Shown here in pieces: positions 17,646-27,252 of a DNA stretch of 64,000 nt; positions within the stretch are counted from its first letter, which is position 1, and each line of letters begins with the position of its first letter. Position numbers and translations under genes: made by a program. The stretch is from Desulfobacca acetoxidans (GTDB taxonomy: Bacteria > Desulfobacterota > Desulfobaccia > Desulfobaccales > 0-14-0-80-60-11): assembly GCA_020722205.1 (NCBI GenBank), contig DYLF01000003.1:3891-67890 (forward strand). Direction: 5' to 3'. The notes beneath the pieces are model-generated. The model was not told the DNA's origin, did no database searches, and saw nothing but the letters and a program-made list of their open reading frames with translations.

Positions 17646-18605
17646 TTAAACCGACCATAATCGTGGCTGGACTTTCAGATTGCCCCTTTGCCAGACCATC
17701 AGCAGCCAGCCGCAACCGGAGGGAGGGAGACCGGGGCACATGTGGGCGGGAGTTCCCTGGAGAGGTTGGGGGAGGGGCCACGAGGTGGCCGGGAGTGCCA
17801 GGTGGATAAGACGATTTTGATTTTTTGGCTTCGGGTTTGGCGTGAGAAAGGAAAAGTGATTGTGCCAAGGATTGGTTGTTTCAACGTCCACGAACCCCTG
17901 ACTCGCGGAGCCCAGTCCCTGCAAGCTCGCTCCTGCTTGGTGGACATGGCCGTGCAGACATAGAACCTGGCGGAAGTGGTCAAAGAGTGGCGCGAGCCGA
18001 TGGGCGTCTGCGGTCCAGTGCTGCCAGGGTCGGTAGAGGTGCAGGAGGGGGGCGTGGGACAGGACAATGAGCGCTTGGGCCGGATTTAGGCGGCTCAGTT
18101 CGGAGGCCAGCCAGCGCAGTTGAACCTCCCCGAGATGAAAAAACGGTCTTCCGGGGTCGGGAAACCAAGCGGTATGCAGACCCAGCACCTGGAGACCCTG
18201 GAAGGTATAGGAAAACCAGGGGGGTCCAAACAGACGCCGCCAGGGGTTAGTGGTGTGCGGCAGGCTGTCAGCTTCCCCCATGACTGCCAGAAGAGGGGCT
18301 GGCAATTCGGAGAGGATTTCCCGGCCCAGGGCCAGTGCCTGGGGATGGCCGCGATGGGTCAGGTCCCCGGCCAGGAACACCAGAGCAGGGGGAGGCTGCA
18401 ATGCACGGATCTCCGTTACCGCCCGGGCCAAGGCCAGGGCCTCAGGGCGGTTCGGGTTGCCATCCTGGAGATGGGCATCGGCCAGCAAAGCAAAGGAGAT
18501 TTCCGGAAGGGCTCCGTGAACCTCAGCGGCCCAGGGAAAGCGGTGCTGAAGCCAAGTGGCCCCCAGGCCAATTCCCAAAAAACGCAGGAATGCGCGGCGC
18601 TGCAT
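17646..18605 (-). CDS. Metallophosphoesterase with a Tat-type signal peptide
   Basis: 'MQRRAFLRFLGIGLGA' is a twin-arginine signal. 'LLADAHL', 'AGDLTHRG' and 'LHGHVH' are calcineurin-like motifs. Confidence 0.75.
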   Translation of the reverse strand: MQRRAFLRFLGIGLGATWLQHRFPWAAEVHGALPEISFALLADAHLQDGNPNRPEALALARAVTEIRALQPPPALVFLAGDLTHRGHPQALALGREILSELPAPLLAVMGEADSLPHTTNPWRRLFGPPWFSYTFQGLQVLGLHTAWFPDPGRPFFHLGEVQLRWLASELSRLNPAQALIVLSHAPLLHLYRPWQHWTADAHRLAPLFDHFRQVLCLHGHVHQAGASLQGLGSASQGFVDVETTNPWHNHFSFLTPNPKPKNQNRLIHLALPATSWPLPQPLQGTPAHMCPGLPPSGCGWLLMVWQRGNLKVQPRLWSV

Positions 18606-18653
18606 GATCCTTAATTACCCCCAAACTTCTTACCTTAACCACACCCCACTGCC

Positions 18654-19238
18654 CTAAAGCATTCCCTTAGTGGAAGGCACCCCTTGGGCCCGGGGCTCCG
18701 GCCGGGTGGCTTGGTCCAAAGCTCGGCCGGCCGCCTTGAAGATGGCCTCCATGATGTGGTGAGTGTTGTCTCCATAGGGTACTTCGATATGAAGAGTCAT
18801 GCCGCCATGCACGCTGACGGCCCGCCAAAATTCCTTCACCAGTTGAGGGTCCAAAGCCGCTTGGCCGGGAGGGAAAGCCACCTGGAAGTGTAGAAAGGGC
18901 CGATTGCTGAGATCCACCGTCACTTGGGCTAAGGCTTCATCCATGGGCACCCGGGCCTCCCCGTAGCGGCGCACGCTTGGGCAGGCCTGATATACCTCAC
19001 GCCAAGCTTGTCCCAGGCAGATGCCGATGTCTTCCACGGTGTGGTGCTGATCAACCTCCAAGTCGCCTTTGGCTTTGACCTTGAGATCAAAATAGCCGTG
19101 GGCGGCAAAAAGGTGCAGCATATGGTCCAGAAAGGGTATGCCGGTGTCAATGTCCACCTGTCCACGACCATCCACTTCCAGTTCGAGGTGGACGTCGGTT
19201 TCTCTAGTACGGCGGGTAATGGAGCTTGTTGGCGTCAT
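18654..19238 (-). CDS. hisB: Imidazoleglycerol-phosphate dehydratase
   Basis: 'RRTRETDVHLEL..DG', 'GIPFLDHML', 'DQHHTVEDIGI' and 'NTHHIMEAIFKA'. Confidence 0.9.
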   Translation of the reverse strand: MTPTSSITRRTRETDVHLELEVDGRGQVDIDTGIPFLDHMLHLFAAHGYFDLKVKAKGDLEVDQHHTVEDIGICLGQAWREVYQACPSVRRYGEARVPMDEALAQVTVDLSNRPFLHFQVAFPPGQAALDPQLVKEFWRAVSVHGGMTLHIEVPYGDNTHHIMEAIFKAAGRALDQATRPEPRAQGVPSTKGML

Positions 19239-19461
19239 AATCCGAATCTCCAGAAACACAGCAGGGATGAGGTTAATGTCTACTATAATAACCTATTAAG
19301 CTAACAGTTACAAATCATTATAATATTAAGGACCCAGGCCAGGAATATATTTTGGGGATACGAAACCATTTCCAGTGAGGGCAGGTGTAAAGCCGGGATA
19401 ATTGAGCTGGGCATCGCTTCCGGAAACGCTATTAATGGATTGCCTGGGTGTTTGCCGACCC

Positions 19462-20061
19462 CTACCCGGAGTCTTTCGGCTCGCCTGGAAGGAGTAATTC
19501 ATTCAAAAGATGGCAGGCGAACTCCCGACAGAGTTGCCGAAGGAGGAGGTCTGCCTCCTTAAGGGCCGGAGGCCCTGGATTTACCGGAGAGGAGAGGCTG
19601 AGACGGTCCTGGAAGGCGACGACAATCCGGTCACCCTGAGTGATCGTGCCGGTAATTTCCAAGTGGGCAGAGAGTCTTCCCAGAAAGAAGCGCAGGGCGC
19701 CGCCGCTGATCCCGACGTGCTGAATGACGCCCGATAAGCGGCAGGCGATTTCGTCGTCAGACACTTTTAGGCCGTTGGCCTCCCAGGTTTGAGCCAGCTC
19801 AGCGTGAAAGAGAGGCAGAAAGGTGCCGGCATCAACGCCGCTGGTCTCCTGCAAAAGAAAGGAATTCAGGTGGAAGGAAACCGCTGCCGGTTTAAACCCG
19901 GAAGCTTGAAAGTAGCTGCTCAGGTAACGGCCTGGGAGCAGGGTGACCCCGATCGCCGGGGTGGGGGGCCGGGGCAGGGAACAACCAGCCAGCGCCAGAG
20001 TTAGCATCAGGCCAGAGAGCAGAAAAATTTCTGACTTTCTCTTTCCCTTATTGGAAGCCAT
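19462..20061 (-). CDS. Hypothetical lipoprotein
   Basis: Lipobox 'LALAGC' follows a hydrophobic signal sequence. I recognise no catalytic motifs. Confidence 0.55.
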   Translation of the reverse strand: MASNKGKRKSEIFLLSGLMLTLALAGCSLPRPPTPAIGVTLLPGRYLSSYFQASGFKPAAVSFHLNSFLLQETSGVDAGTFLPLFHAELAQTWEANGLKVSDDEIACRLSGVIQHVGISGGALRFFLGRLSAHLEITGTITQGDRIVVAFQDRLSLSSPVNPGPPALKEADLLLRQLCREFACHLLNELLLPGEPKDSG

Positions 20062-20224
20062 GTTGTAATATATAAATCGTTTTTACCCATCAAGGGCGAT
20101 TACATCCTAACAGCCTTGCTTTAATCGATAACCAACAACAAAAATTTTTTCTGGGTTTTTCCATACCATAACCGAGGGGGAGATTGCAAAGAAATTACCT
20201 TGACTGGCAGAAAAAGGAGGATAT

Positions 20225-22141
20225 ATGACATCCGGTGAGAAGATCACGCTGTCTGTTATCAAGGCTGATGTCGGCGGCTGGGTGGGTCACTGTACGTCGC
20301 ATCCGGAGATGCTGGAACTGGCTGGGAAGCTGGTCAAAGAGGCCGTAAACCGCGGTTTCTTGATTGACGGTCAGGTACTTCATGTGGGCGATGATATAGA
20401 ACTCATCATGACCCACACCCGGGGTGAGGACAACACCGAGGTCCACCAGTTCGCCTGGGACACCTTCATGGAACTCACCGCCTTGGCCAAGCGTTTAAAA
20501 CTCTACGGCGCCGGCCAGGACATGCTGGCCGATTCTTTTTCCGGCAACGTCAAGGGCATGGGGCCAGGGGTAGCCGAGCTGTCTTTTGTGGAACGGAAGA
20601 GTGAACCCGTCGTCATCTTTATGGCGGATAAGACCTCCCCCGGGGCGTGGAACCTTCCCCTGTTCCGTATTTTCGCCGATCCTTTCAACACCGCCGGCCT
20701 GGTTATTGATCCCTCCATGCACCGGGGCTTCCGTTTTCGGGTGTTGGATGTCATGGAACATAAGGAGTGGATTCTATCCTGCCCGGAAGACATGTATGAC
20801 CTTTTGGTATTGGTGGGGGCCACCGGCCGCTATGTCATTGAAAACATCTATCGCAAAAAGGATAACGAGGTGGCGGCGGTAGCCTCGTCCCAGAGGCTCG
20901 GGCTCATAGCCGGACGCTATGTCGGCAAAGACGATCCTGTCATGATAGTTCGCTGCCAATCTGGGTTTCCGGCGGTTGGCGAAGTGCTGGAACCATTTGC
21001 CTTCCCCCATATGGTGGAGGGCTGGATGCGGGGCTCACATCACGGCCCCTTGATGCCGGTGAGTTTCAAGGATGCCCGCCCTATCCGGTTTGACGGGCCG
21101 CCCCGGGTCATTGCCGCTGGCTTCCAGCTCTGCCAGGGCAAGTTCATCGGCCCAGTGGACCTGTTCTCTGATGTGGCCTTCGATGAGGCGAGACGAGAGG
21201 CCAACCGGGTGGCCAATTACATGCGTCGGCACGGCCCCTTTGAACCCCACCGCCTTGGCCTGCACGAAATGGAGTATACCACCCTGCCCCAAGTGATGGC
21301 CTTTATCTTTGAAAAATCCGCCATCCCGCGCCGTGCCGACCTGGAAGAGGAAATTCGCCAGCTTTATCCACATATCCGGGAAGTCAGAGTGGTGGAGCCA
21401 GGCGTCAAGGACTTTGACGCCATTCAAAAGACCATTGCCAGGGAAGCTGCGGTTTATCTGGAGGAAATTGCTCCCCCGGAGGCAAAGATCGGCTTGTCCT
21501 GCGGCAAGACCTTGTATTATGTGATCAACTATCTGGAAGCCGAACGGCTCACGGCGCCGCAACTTTATCCACTCTCCCTGACGCGGATTTTCACCATGCC
21601 GGGATTGACCTCCAACGCCTTGGTGGGGATGATGAGCACCAAATATCCTGATGCCGTGGCTTTTAATCTTCCTTCCATGCCGGTAACCTCCCGGGAGGAG
21701 TATGAAAAGCAGTTGACCGCCAACCCGGCGCTCTTGAAAATTTATCAGGACATCTGGGATGTGGACATCATGCTCCTGGCCATCGGCCACCTGGCTGTGG
21801 ATAAACCAGGGTTCATGGCCCTGGCCGTCCAGGAACTGGGTTTGACCGCCGAACAGTTGGCCAGTAAAGGAGTGGTGGCAGAAATCAACCACACCCCCAT
21901 CAATGCCCAGGGTGAGCCTCTGATCGATAATGAAGATGCCGAGCTGGCAGCGCTGACGCGGCGGGTCATTGGAGTGGGGGCCCTGGAACTCAGAGAGCGC
22001 GCCGCCCGAGCCGATAAGACCTTGATTGCGGTAGCCGGCGGCCTGGAAAAGACCGAGGCCATCCGGGCCTGCTGCAAGGGCAAGTTTTTCAACGTCCTGA
22101 TCACCGACGCTTTCGTGGCCGAGGCGCTAGTACGGAAATGA
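20225..22141 (+). CDS. fbp: Fructose-1,6-bisphosphate aldolase/phosphatase (class V, archaeal type) fused to a SorC/CggR-type sugar-binding domain
   Basis: N-terminal 'KITLSVIKADVGGWVGH' through 'GPFEPHRLGLHEMEYTTLP' (aa 1 to ~362). The C-terminal part carries 'IGLSCGKTL', 'VDIMLLAIG', 'LIAVAGGLEKTEAI' and 'NVLITD' (aa ~395-638). AAGGAGG RBS. Confidence 0.85.
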   Translation: MTSGEKITLSVIKADVGGWVGHCTSHPEMLELAGKLVKEAVNRGFLIDGQVLHVGDDIELIMTHTRGEDNTEVHQFAWDTFMELTALAKRLKLYGAGQDMLADSFSGNVKGMGPGVAELSFVERKSEPVVIFMADKTSPGAWNLPLFRIFADPFNTAGLVIDPSMHRGFRFRVLDVMEHKEWILSCPEDMYDLLVLVGATGRYVIENIYRKKDNEVAAVASSQRLGLIAGRYVGKDDPVMIVRCQSGFPAVGEVLEPFAFPHMVEGWMRGSHHGPLMPVSFKDARPIRFDGPPRVIAAGFQLCQGKFIGPVDLFSDVAFDEARREANRVANYMRRHGPFEPHRLGLHEMEYTTLPQVMAFIFEKSAIPRRADLEEEIRQLYPHIREVRVVEPGVKDFDAIQKTIAREAAVYLEEIAPPEAKIGLSCGKTLYYVINYLEAERLTAPQLYPLSLTRIFTMPGLTSNALVGMMSTKYPDAVAFNLPSMPVTSREEYEKQLTANPALLKIYQDIWDVDIMLLAIGHLAVDKPGFMALAVQELGLTAEQLASKGVVAEINHTPINAQGEPLIDNEDAELAALTRRVIGVGALELRERAARADKTLIAVAGGLEKTEAIRACCKGKFFNVLITDAFVAEALVRK

Positions 22142-22186
22142 ACCAAGTTTAACGACATTTAAGGTCCAAGGCCTTTGGAAGCAAAA

Positions 22187-22222
22187 AGGGGCGGTAGTTG
22201 ATCACCGCCCCTCCTCTTCTTT
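22187..22222 (+). terminator. Rho-independent terminator after fbp
   Basis: 'aggggcgg-tagttgatca-ccgcccct' followed by the pyrimidine/T-rich 'cctcttcttt'. Confidence 0.5.
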
Positions 22223-22235
22223 CAACCATTGGTGG

Positions 22236-23228
22236 ATGATCACACTGCAAAGAATATTTTTATGGATTGTCGGTCTGACCGCCATCATTATACTGGGCAG
22301 TCTGGGTTATGTCTGGCTGGAGGGTTGGGACTTCTTCGACGGCCTGTATATGACAGTCAACACCCTGACGACGGTGGGTTTCGGCGAAGTCCATCCACTG
22401 TCCCGCTTGGGGCGGGCTTACACCATGGCTCTGCTGCTTTTAGGCATGGGCTTTTTGTTCTATGTGGTCACTGCAGTGGCTCAGGTAGTGGTGGAAGGCA
22501 AGATCCGGGAAGCCCTGGGAAAACGTAAGTTGCAAAAACAGATAAAGAAAATTCGCAACCATTATATTATTTGCGGTTTTGGGCGCATCGGCGAGATCGT
22601 TGCCCGGCAACTTGCTCAGGCCGGCCTTCCTCTGGTGGTCATTGACAACGATCCTGCGGCGAGTGAGCGCCTGGAAAGTAGCGGTTATAATTTTTTGGTG
22701 GCGGACGCCACCCGGGAAGAAGTGCTTCTGGAGGCTGGCATTGAGCGGGCCAAAGGGCTGGTAGCAGTAGTATCCTCGGATGCCGGCAACGTCTATATCA
22801 CTCTGACCGCCCGTAGCCTCAACCCCAGCTTATTTATTGTGGCGCGGGGAGAGGGTCTGGGTTCTCACAAGAAACTGCTGCGGGCCGGAGCAGACCGGGT
22901 GGAATCCCCCCATGAGATGGGAGGGCGCAAGATGGCTCACACTATTCTGCGGCCTACTGTCGTGACCTTGATGGAACTGGCCATGCACGAAGGAGTGGAG
23001 TGGAGCATGGAGGAAGTTGTCGTGGGTTCTTCCTCTCCTCTGTTGGGTCTGCCCCTTAAGGACACCGGCATCCGGCAGCAACTTAATCTCATCCTGGTGG
23101 CCATTAAACGCGCCGATGGGGAATTGCTCTTCAACCCTACTCCCCAGACCGCTATCCAGGCCGGTGATACGTTGATTGCCGTGGGACTACGCTCTAACCT
23201 GGAAGCCCTGGAAAAAATGTTGGGATAG
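22236..23228 (+). CDS. K+ channel with RCK (TrkA-N/TrkA-C) domains
   Basis: Pore/filter 'TLTTVGFGEV' is a variant of TVGYGD. Rossmann motif 'IICGFGRIGEIVARQL'. C-terminal TrkA-C-like region. Confidence 0.8.
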   Translation: MITLQRIFLWIVGLTAIIILGSLGYVWLEGWDFFDGLYMTVNTLTTVGFGEVHPLSRLGRAYTMALLLLGMGFLFYVVTAVAQVVVEGKIREALGKRKLQKQIKKIRNHYIICGFGRIGEIVARQLAQAGLPLVVIDNDPAASERLESSGYNFLVADATREEVLLEAGIERAKGLVAVVSSDAGNVYITLTARSLNPSLFIVARGEGLGSHKKLLRAGADRVESPHEMGGRKMAHTILRPTVVTLMELAMHEGVEWSMEEVVVGSSSPLLGLPLKDTGIRQQLNLILVAIKRADGELLFNPTPQTAIQAGDTLIAVGLRSNLEALEKMLG

Positions 23229-23522
23229 TGGTCAACCTTTTGGCGAGGTTCCTGTCGGGCAGACCTGGATAGTTTGAGCATCTGGGTCTGTGTCAACTCT
23301 TGTTCTGGGGCCAGCCGGTAATCCAACAGCAAAGAAGTTGCGGCGACAATAAAGGGAGGGGTGGAGCTGGCAGGGAAAAAATTGGTTTGGATATTTTTAT
23401 ATTGACGAATAGAAATCAGTTAGGTAGATAATTAAAGTTTAGTCAGACCCGGAGACATAAAGGGGGTGACAATTAGGGACGCGCTTTCCTGCGCAAATTC
23501 TTTTTAGAGGGAGGGTCAGCCC

Positions 23523-23909
23523 ATGAAAGGGGAGTTCCTGGTCCAGAACCCGCGACCGGATGGCTACCACCTGATGATGGAACTTTACGGTTGCGATCAG
23601 GAAAAGCTCAATTCCCGCAAATTCCTGCACAACACAGTCAAGAGCGCGGTCACCAAGGTGGGACTGACCAACCTAGGGTCCCGCTTTCATCAATTCCAAC
23701 CATACGGGGTCACGGGGTTTACCCTGCTGGCTCAATCTCATATTTCCTTGCATACCTGGCCGGAGTTCGGCTACTTGGTGTTGGACATCTTCACCTGTGG
23801 CGACGCTCAGCAGGCCGATCAACTGGCGGCTCACTGTTTGGAACGATTGCGACCTGAGCGCGTTAACCGACACGTGGTACGCAAGGGCTTCAAGTATCCT
23901 CGCGAATAA
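23523..23909 (+). CDS. speH: S-adenosylmethionine decarboxylase proenzyme (small bacterial/archaeal class)
   Basis: 'GVTGFTLLAQSHISLHTWPEFGYLVLDIFTCG' contains the self-processing Ser region and family motifs. Confidence 0.85.
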   Translation: MKGEFLVQNPRPDGYHLMMELYGCDQEKLNSRKFLHNTVKSAVTKVGLTNLGSRFHQFQPYGVTGFTLLAQSHISLHTWPEFGYLVLDIFTCGDAQQADQLAAHCLERLRPERVNRHVVRKGFKYPRE

Positions 23910-23984
23910 TTATAAATTATTCTAATCTGTTATCCGAGGCTGGGCTAAAAAGAAGTTGACGATAGGCCTCAAAGTGGCATAATA

Positions 23985-24626
23985 GTGGCTGAGGTGAACT
24001 TCTTGAGGAGGAAACTGCGTCTGCCGCTGCACAAATTATTCTGGTGTTGTCCCTTGTTGTTGGTTCTGGTGCTTGCCGGCTGTGGCAGCGTCCCGATGAC
24101 AGCCCCGCCGGAAACAGCAGGTGCACCCCCTGCCCCCGTACTCCCTAATTACCCTGACCATGCCCTCCTGAAAGACGCACTTCAGGGGAAGACGCTAACC
24201 CTCAAGGAGAAGGCAGAGTTGAGCGACCGCCTCTTGGTGGAAGGTGCTTCCACTTTCAAAGATGGAGAAACCATGGCGCGCCTTGAGTTGCTGCTCCTGA
24301 AGGCTCTGAAGGAAGACGATCGGCAACAGCGCCATCGATTCCTGCGTAATCTGGGGATTATTCACTACCATCAGAAACATTACAAACGGGCTCGTCAGGA
24401 ATTACAGGCCTCCAATGAATTGTATCCCCGGGATGCCCGCACCCACTACTATCTGGCGCGTCTTTGGGCTATTGAAGGGGCCAAGTACGACCGTAAAGGA
24501 CAGAAAAAGAAATCCCGCGGTCAGCTCAAACTGGCCGTCACCGAGCTTGCTCTGGCCCGTAAGCTGGAGCCCACTAATCCTTTGTACCAACAGGGTGTTT
24601 CACAACTGTTGCGCCAGAATCCGTAG
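23985..24626 (+). CDS. TPR-like repeat lipoprotein (start uncertain)
   Basis: Lipobox 'VLAGCGS', with TPR-like helices in the C-terminal part ('ARTHYYLARLWAIEG'). A TTGACG-16-CATAAT promoter-like site at 23956-23983 suggests the true start lies downstream of 23985. Confidence 0.55.
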   Translation: MAEVNFLRRKLRLPLHKLFWCCPLLLVLVLAGCGSVPMTAPPETAGAPPAPVLPNYPDHALLKDALQGKTLTLKEKAELSDRLLVEGASTFKDGETMARLELLLLKALKEDDRQQRHRFLRNLGIIHYHQKHYKRARQELQASNELYPRDARTHYYLARLWAIEGAKYDRKGQKKKSRGQLKLAVTELALARKLEPTNPLYQQGVSQLLRQNP

Positions 24627-24628
24627 AA

Positions 24629-24844
24629 ATGAAAATCGCTTGCCCGTATTGTGGCAATGATGTCGATTTCTATGAGATCGCCGAAGGGGTAACCGTTACC
24701 ACATTTTACGTGCAGAATGAAGATGGCAGCTTTTCTGCGGTGAGCGACGATTCAGAAATCCAGGGGGAAGTTCGGCTCTTTTGCGGCGAGTGCCATAAGG
24801 AACTGAAAGAACTACATAACCATTTTCTTGACATGCTGTTCTAA
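24629..24844 (+). CDS. Small zinc-ribbon protein
   Basis: Two CxxC pairs, 'CPYCG' and 'CGEC'. It starts 3 nt after the TPR gene stop, so the two are likely co-transcribed. Confidence 0.5.
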   Translation: MKIACPYCGNDVDFYEIAEGVTVTTFYVQNEDGSFSAVSDDSEIQGEVRLFCGECHKELKELHNHFLDMLF

Positions 24845-24848
24845 ACGC

Positions 24849-26957
24849 TTATTCCTTGGCCAGGGTCTTTTTTTCCTCGGCATTGCGGGCAAAAAGGTTC
24901 ATATACTCCGTCTGCACAGACTTAGCTTCGCCTTCGGCCAATTCCAGTCTCTTTTCCAACTCACTGATAACCTTCACATGTTGTTGGGAGCTCCTTGCTA
25001 AGCGTTCTAGTTCTTCCACCAGTTGTGATTTTTCAGAGGTCAAAGTGTCTAATTGTTGTCGCAATTCCCCCACCGCCGCCTTTAGTTCCAGTCTCTCTTT
25101 TTCCAGGGTTTCCACTTGGGCTTTGAGCAGGAGGTTCAGCTGTTCTGCGGACCCCTTGGCGTCAGCGCCTGATATAAGCGCCGTCTTTTCCCCTGCCTCA
25201 ACGCTGGGGCGCCGCGCTCGCCGCAGATAAAAAGGGAGAGCCAAGCTGGTGAGGGAGGCGATCATTACCAAAGCCACGGCGAGCCAAAACCAGTGGCGTG
25301 ATAAGCTGGGGAGGGAAACCCTCAGGCTGCTTAGTCGTGGTAGCCAGCTGCCGAGCGAGAAGGGTGCGCCGATGGGCCTTGGCTTTGGTGGCGCTGCGGA
25401 GGCGGTCAGGTCCAGGCGCCAGGGTCCTGGCTGCAAAGACAGCGGCCTGCCGTCAGAAGAGAGGCCCATCAGCCTCAGATCAACCACATGGGGGCCAGGG
25501 CTAGCGGCCGTTAACGGACAGATGAATTCGGCTTCATCCGGCGGCTTCAGAAAGGTGGCGGCCACAACACCGGCAGGAGACTGAATGCTGAGCAACCCCC
25601 AGACCTGTTTAAGGCGTCGCCCCGGGGAAGGCTGGCATACTAAACTGGCTGTCTTGCCGGCAGCGCCGGGATCCATGCCGACCTTGTACCAGGGCAAAGA
25701 GACAGGCAGGGTACATGTCTGTTCTCGTTGAAAAGTCTTGCTTTTGGCCGTCACTTTGATTATCGCTTGGCCGGTATAATGAAAAGGCGGAAACCGCCCC
25801 ACCATGGTTCCCGGTGGCCAGATGTCCCGCTGTTCCGATAAAGGGGGGGTTAGTTCCAGAGTCAGCGGGTCTTGATTTTCGAACCGCATTTCCGCCGAAA
25901 ACCTGGTGCTTTCCAAAAGTTCCGAAGTAGTCACCGGTTTCCCTTTGTCAACCAAAGCCGCGCCCACCAGCGGTGCTTCATCGGCGCCGAAATCCGCCGG
26001 CAGCAAAGGGCAGATCAATTTCAGGTCGGTCATCAGAACGACCTTGCCTTCTCCCGATGCACCACCGCTGATAGTCCAGAACCCTGGCTGTGGCTGGGTG
26101 ATGGTCACCAGGTCAAAGGCAGGAGCGGCAAACCACCGGAGGTTTGGGGGGTGATTTTTCTGGGTCAGATGGTTTCCATTAGGGTTGGTGAGGGTCACGG
26201 CTTGCCACATCTGGGCCCGGCCGGCGATGAGGACTGCTTCAGCAACCGAGGGGTCAATGAGAAAGCGGTCACCGATGATGGGGGCTGTCTGAGGATGTTT
26301 GAGATTCTCATAGAGCCAGGTAAAGGCGAGATGGACCTCCCGGGCCGAGGGCGTCAGCAGAAAGCGGCCTCCGGTGGCGGCTGCCATGCTCTTAAGCAGC
26401 TCCTGATCGCTACGAGTCGTAAAGGCCACGGTGTAAATGGGGATTTTGGCCTGCGCATATTGAGGGATGATTTCCCGGACCAATCTGGTCGAGAAGGCGG
26501 CGGAATCTCCCTTTTTGGGGTCCACGTCCATCTGGCCGTCTGTGATCAGCAATAAGGCGCGGTGCTCTGCCGGGTCAGCTGCAAAGGTTTTCAAGGCCTC
26601 GGCCAGGACAGTGTAAAGGTCGGTGTAGGGGCCACGTGGACACAGAGCCTGTAGTTCTCTGATCCCCTGCCGGCGTCGGTCGGCGTCCAGAGGAGCGGGG
26701 GTGAGCAGCATTTTAGTGGTGCCCTCAAACGCCAAAATCCCGAGATGATCGCTGCTGTCAAGGAGGTTCACTACGATGGTGGCGGCTTTGGGCAACAGGC
26801 GCAAAGGATCGGTGCGGCGCATGCTGCCCGAGATGTCCAGTGCCATGAGAAGGTGCAGCGCCTGACTTTCCTCTGCTGCAGCTGAAAGAGGGGAAAAGAC
26901 TTCTGTCATGCCAAAGCAGATTAATAAAACCAGAAAGATTTTGGTGGGCGTACGCAT
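24849..26957 (-). CDS. Secreted VWA-domain protein with a C-terminal TM anchor and a cytoplasmic coiled coil
   Basis: Signal peptide, then MIDAS motif 'ALDISGSM' plus 'LLLITDG'. Long beta-rich middle region. TM helix 'WFWLAVALVMIASLTSLALPFYL'. Heptad-rich tail ('LEKERLELKAAVGELRQQLDTL...'). Confidence 0.75.
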   Translation of the reverse strand: MRTPTKIFLVLLICFGMTEVFSPLSAAAEESQALHLLMALDISGSMRRTDPLRLLPKAATIVVNLLDSSDHLGILAFEGTTKMLLTPAPLDADRRRQGIRELQALCPRGPYTDLYTVLAEALKTFAADPAEHRALLLITDGQMDVDPKKGDSAAFSTRLVREIIPQYAQAKIPIYTVAFTTRSDQELLKSMAAATGGRFLLTPSAREVHLAFTWLYENLKHPQTAPIIGDRFLIDPSVAEAVLIAGRAQMWQAVTLTNPNGNHLTQKNHPPNLRWFAAPAFDLVTITQPQPGFWTISGGASGEGKVVLMTDLKLICPLLPADFGADEAPLVGAALVDKGKPVTTSELLESTRFSAEMRFENQDPLTLELTPPLSEQRDIWPPGTMVGRFPPFHYTGQAIIKVTAKSKTFQREQTCTLPVSLPWYKVGMDPGAAGKTASLVCQPSPGRRLKQVWGLLSIQSPAGVVAATFLKPPDEAEFICPLTAASPGPHVVDLRLMGLSSDGRPLSLQPGPWRLDLTASAAPPKPRPIGAPFSLGSWLPRLSSLRVSLPSLSRHWFWLAVALVMIASLTSLALPFYLRRARRPSVEAGEKTALISGADAKGSAEQLNLLLKAQVETLEKERLELKAAVGELRQQLDTLTSEKSQLVEELERLARSSQQHVKVISELEKRLELAEGEAKSVQTEYMNLFARNAEEKKTLAKE

Positions 26958-27252
26958 ATCTGTGACGTGGGGCAAGCCTATGAAATCTTCCTGAGGGGCC
27001 GTTTTGAGCTGAGAAATCCTGGTAAGTTAAATCGGTTTGCCCCTTGTGGTTAATATCGAATTTAAGTCTGATTTTCTTGAGCAAGAGAGCGAACTTTTTT
27101 ATAATCCGCCCAAAAGACCAGGTGCAGGAGGAGAATGATAATGACGAGTAGCAGCGATGTGAGCCACATAACATTTTTATGACATTGCTGAGAGCTTTAT
27201 GCCGAAGCAATGATTACCAACCTCTTGCCTGTTGCCCATAGGGTATTTTGTT

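Noticed and set aside
26758-27210. 150-aa minus-strand ORF spanning the VWA gene start and its upstream region
   Set aside because: It overlaps the VWA N-terminus out of frame and extends into the promoter region. It has no RBS and a His/Ser/Arg-rich composition.
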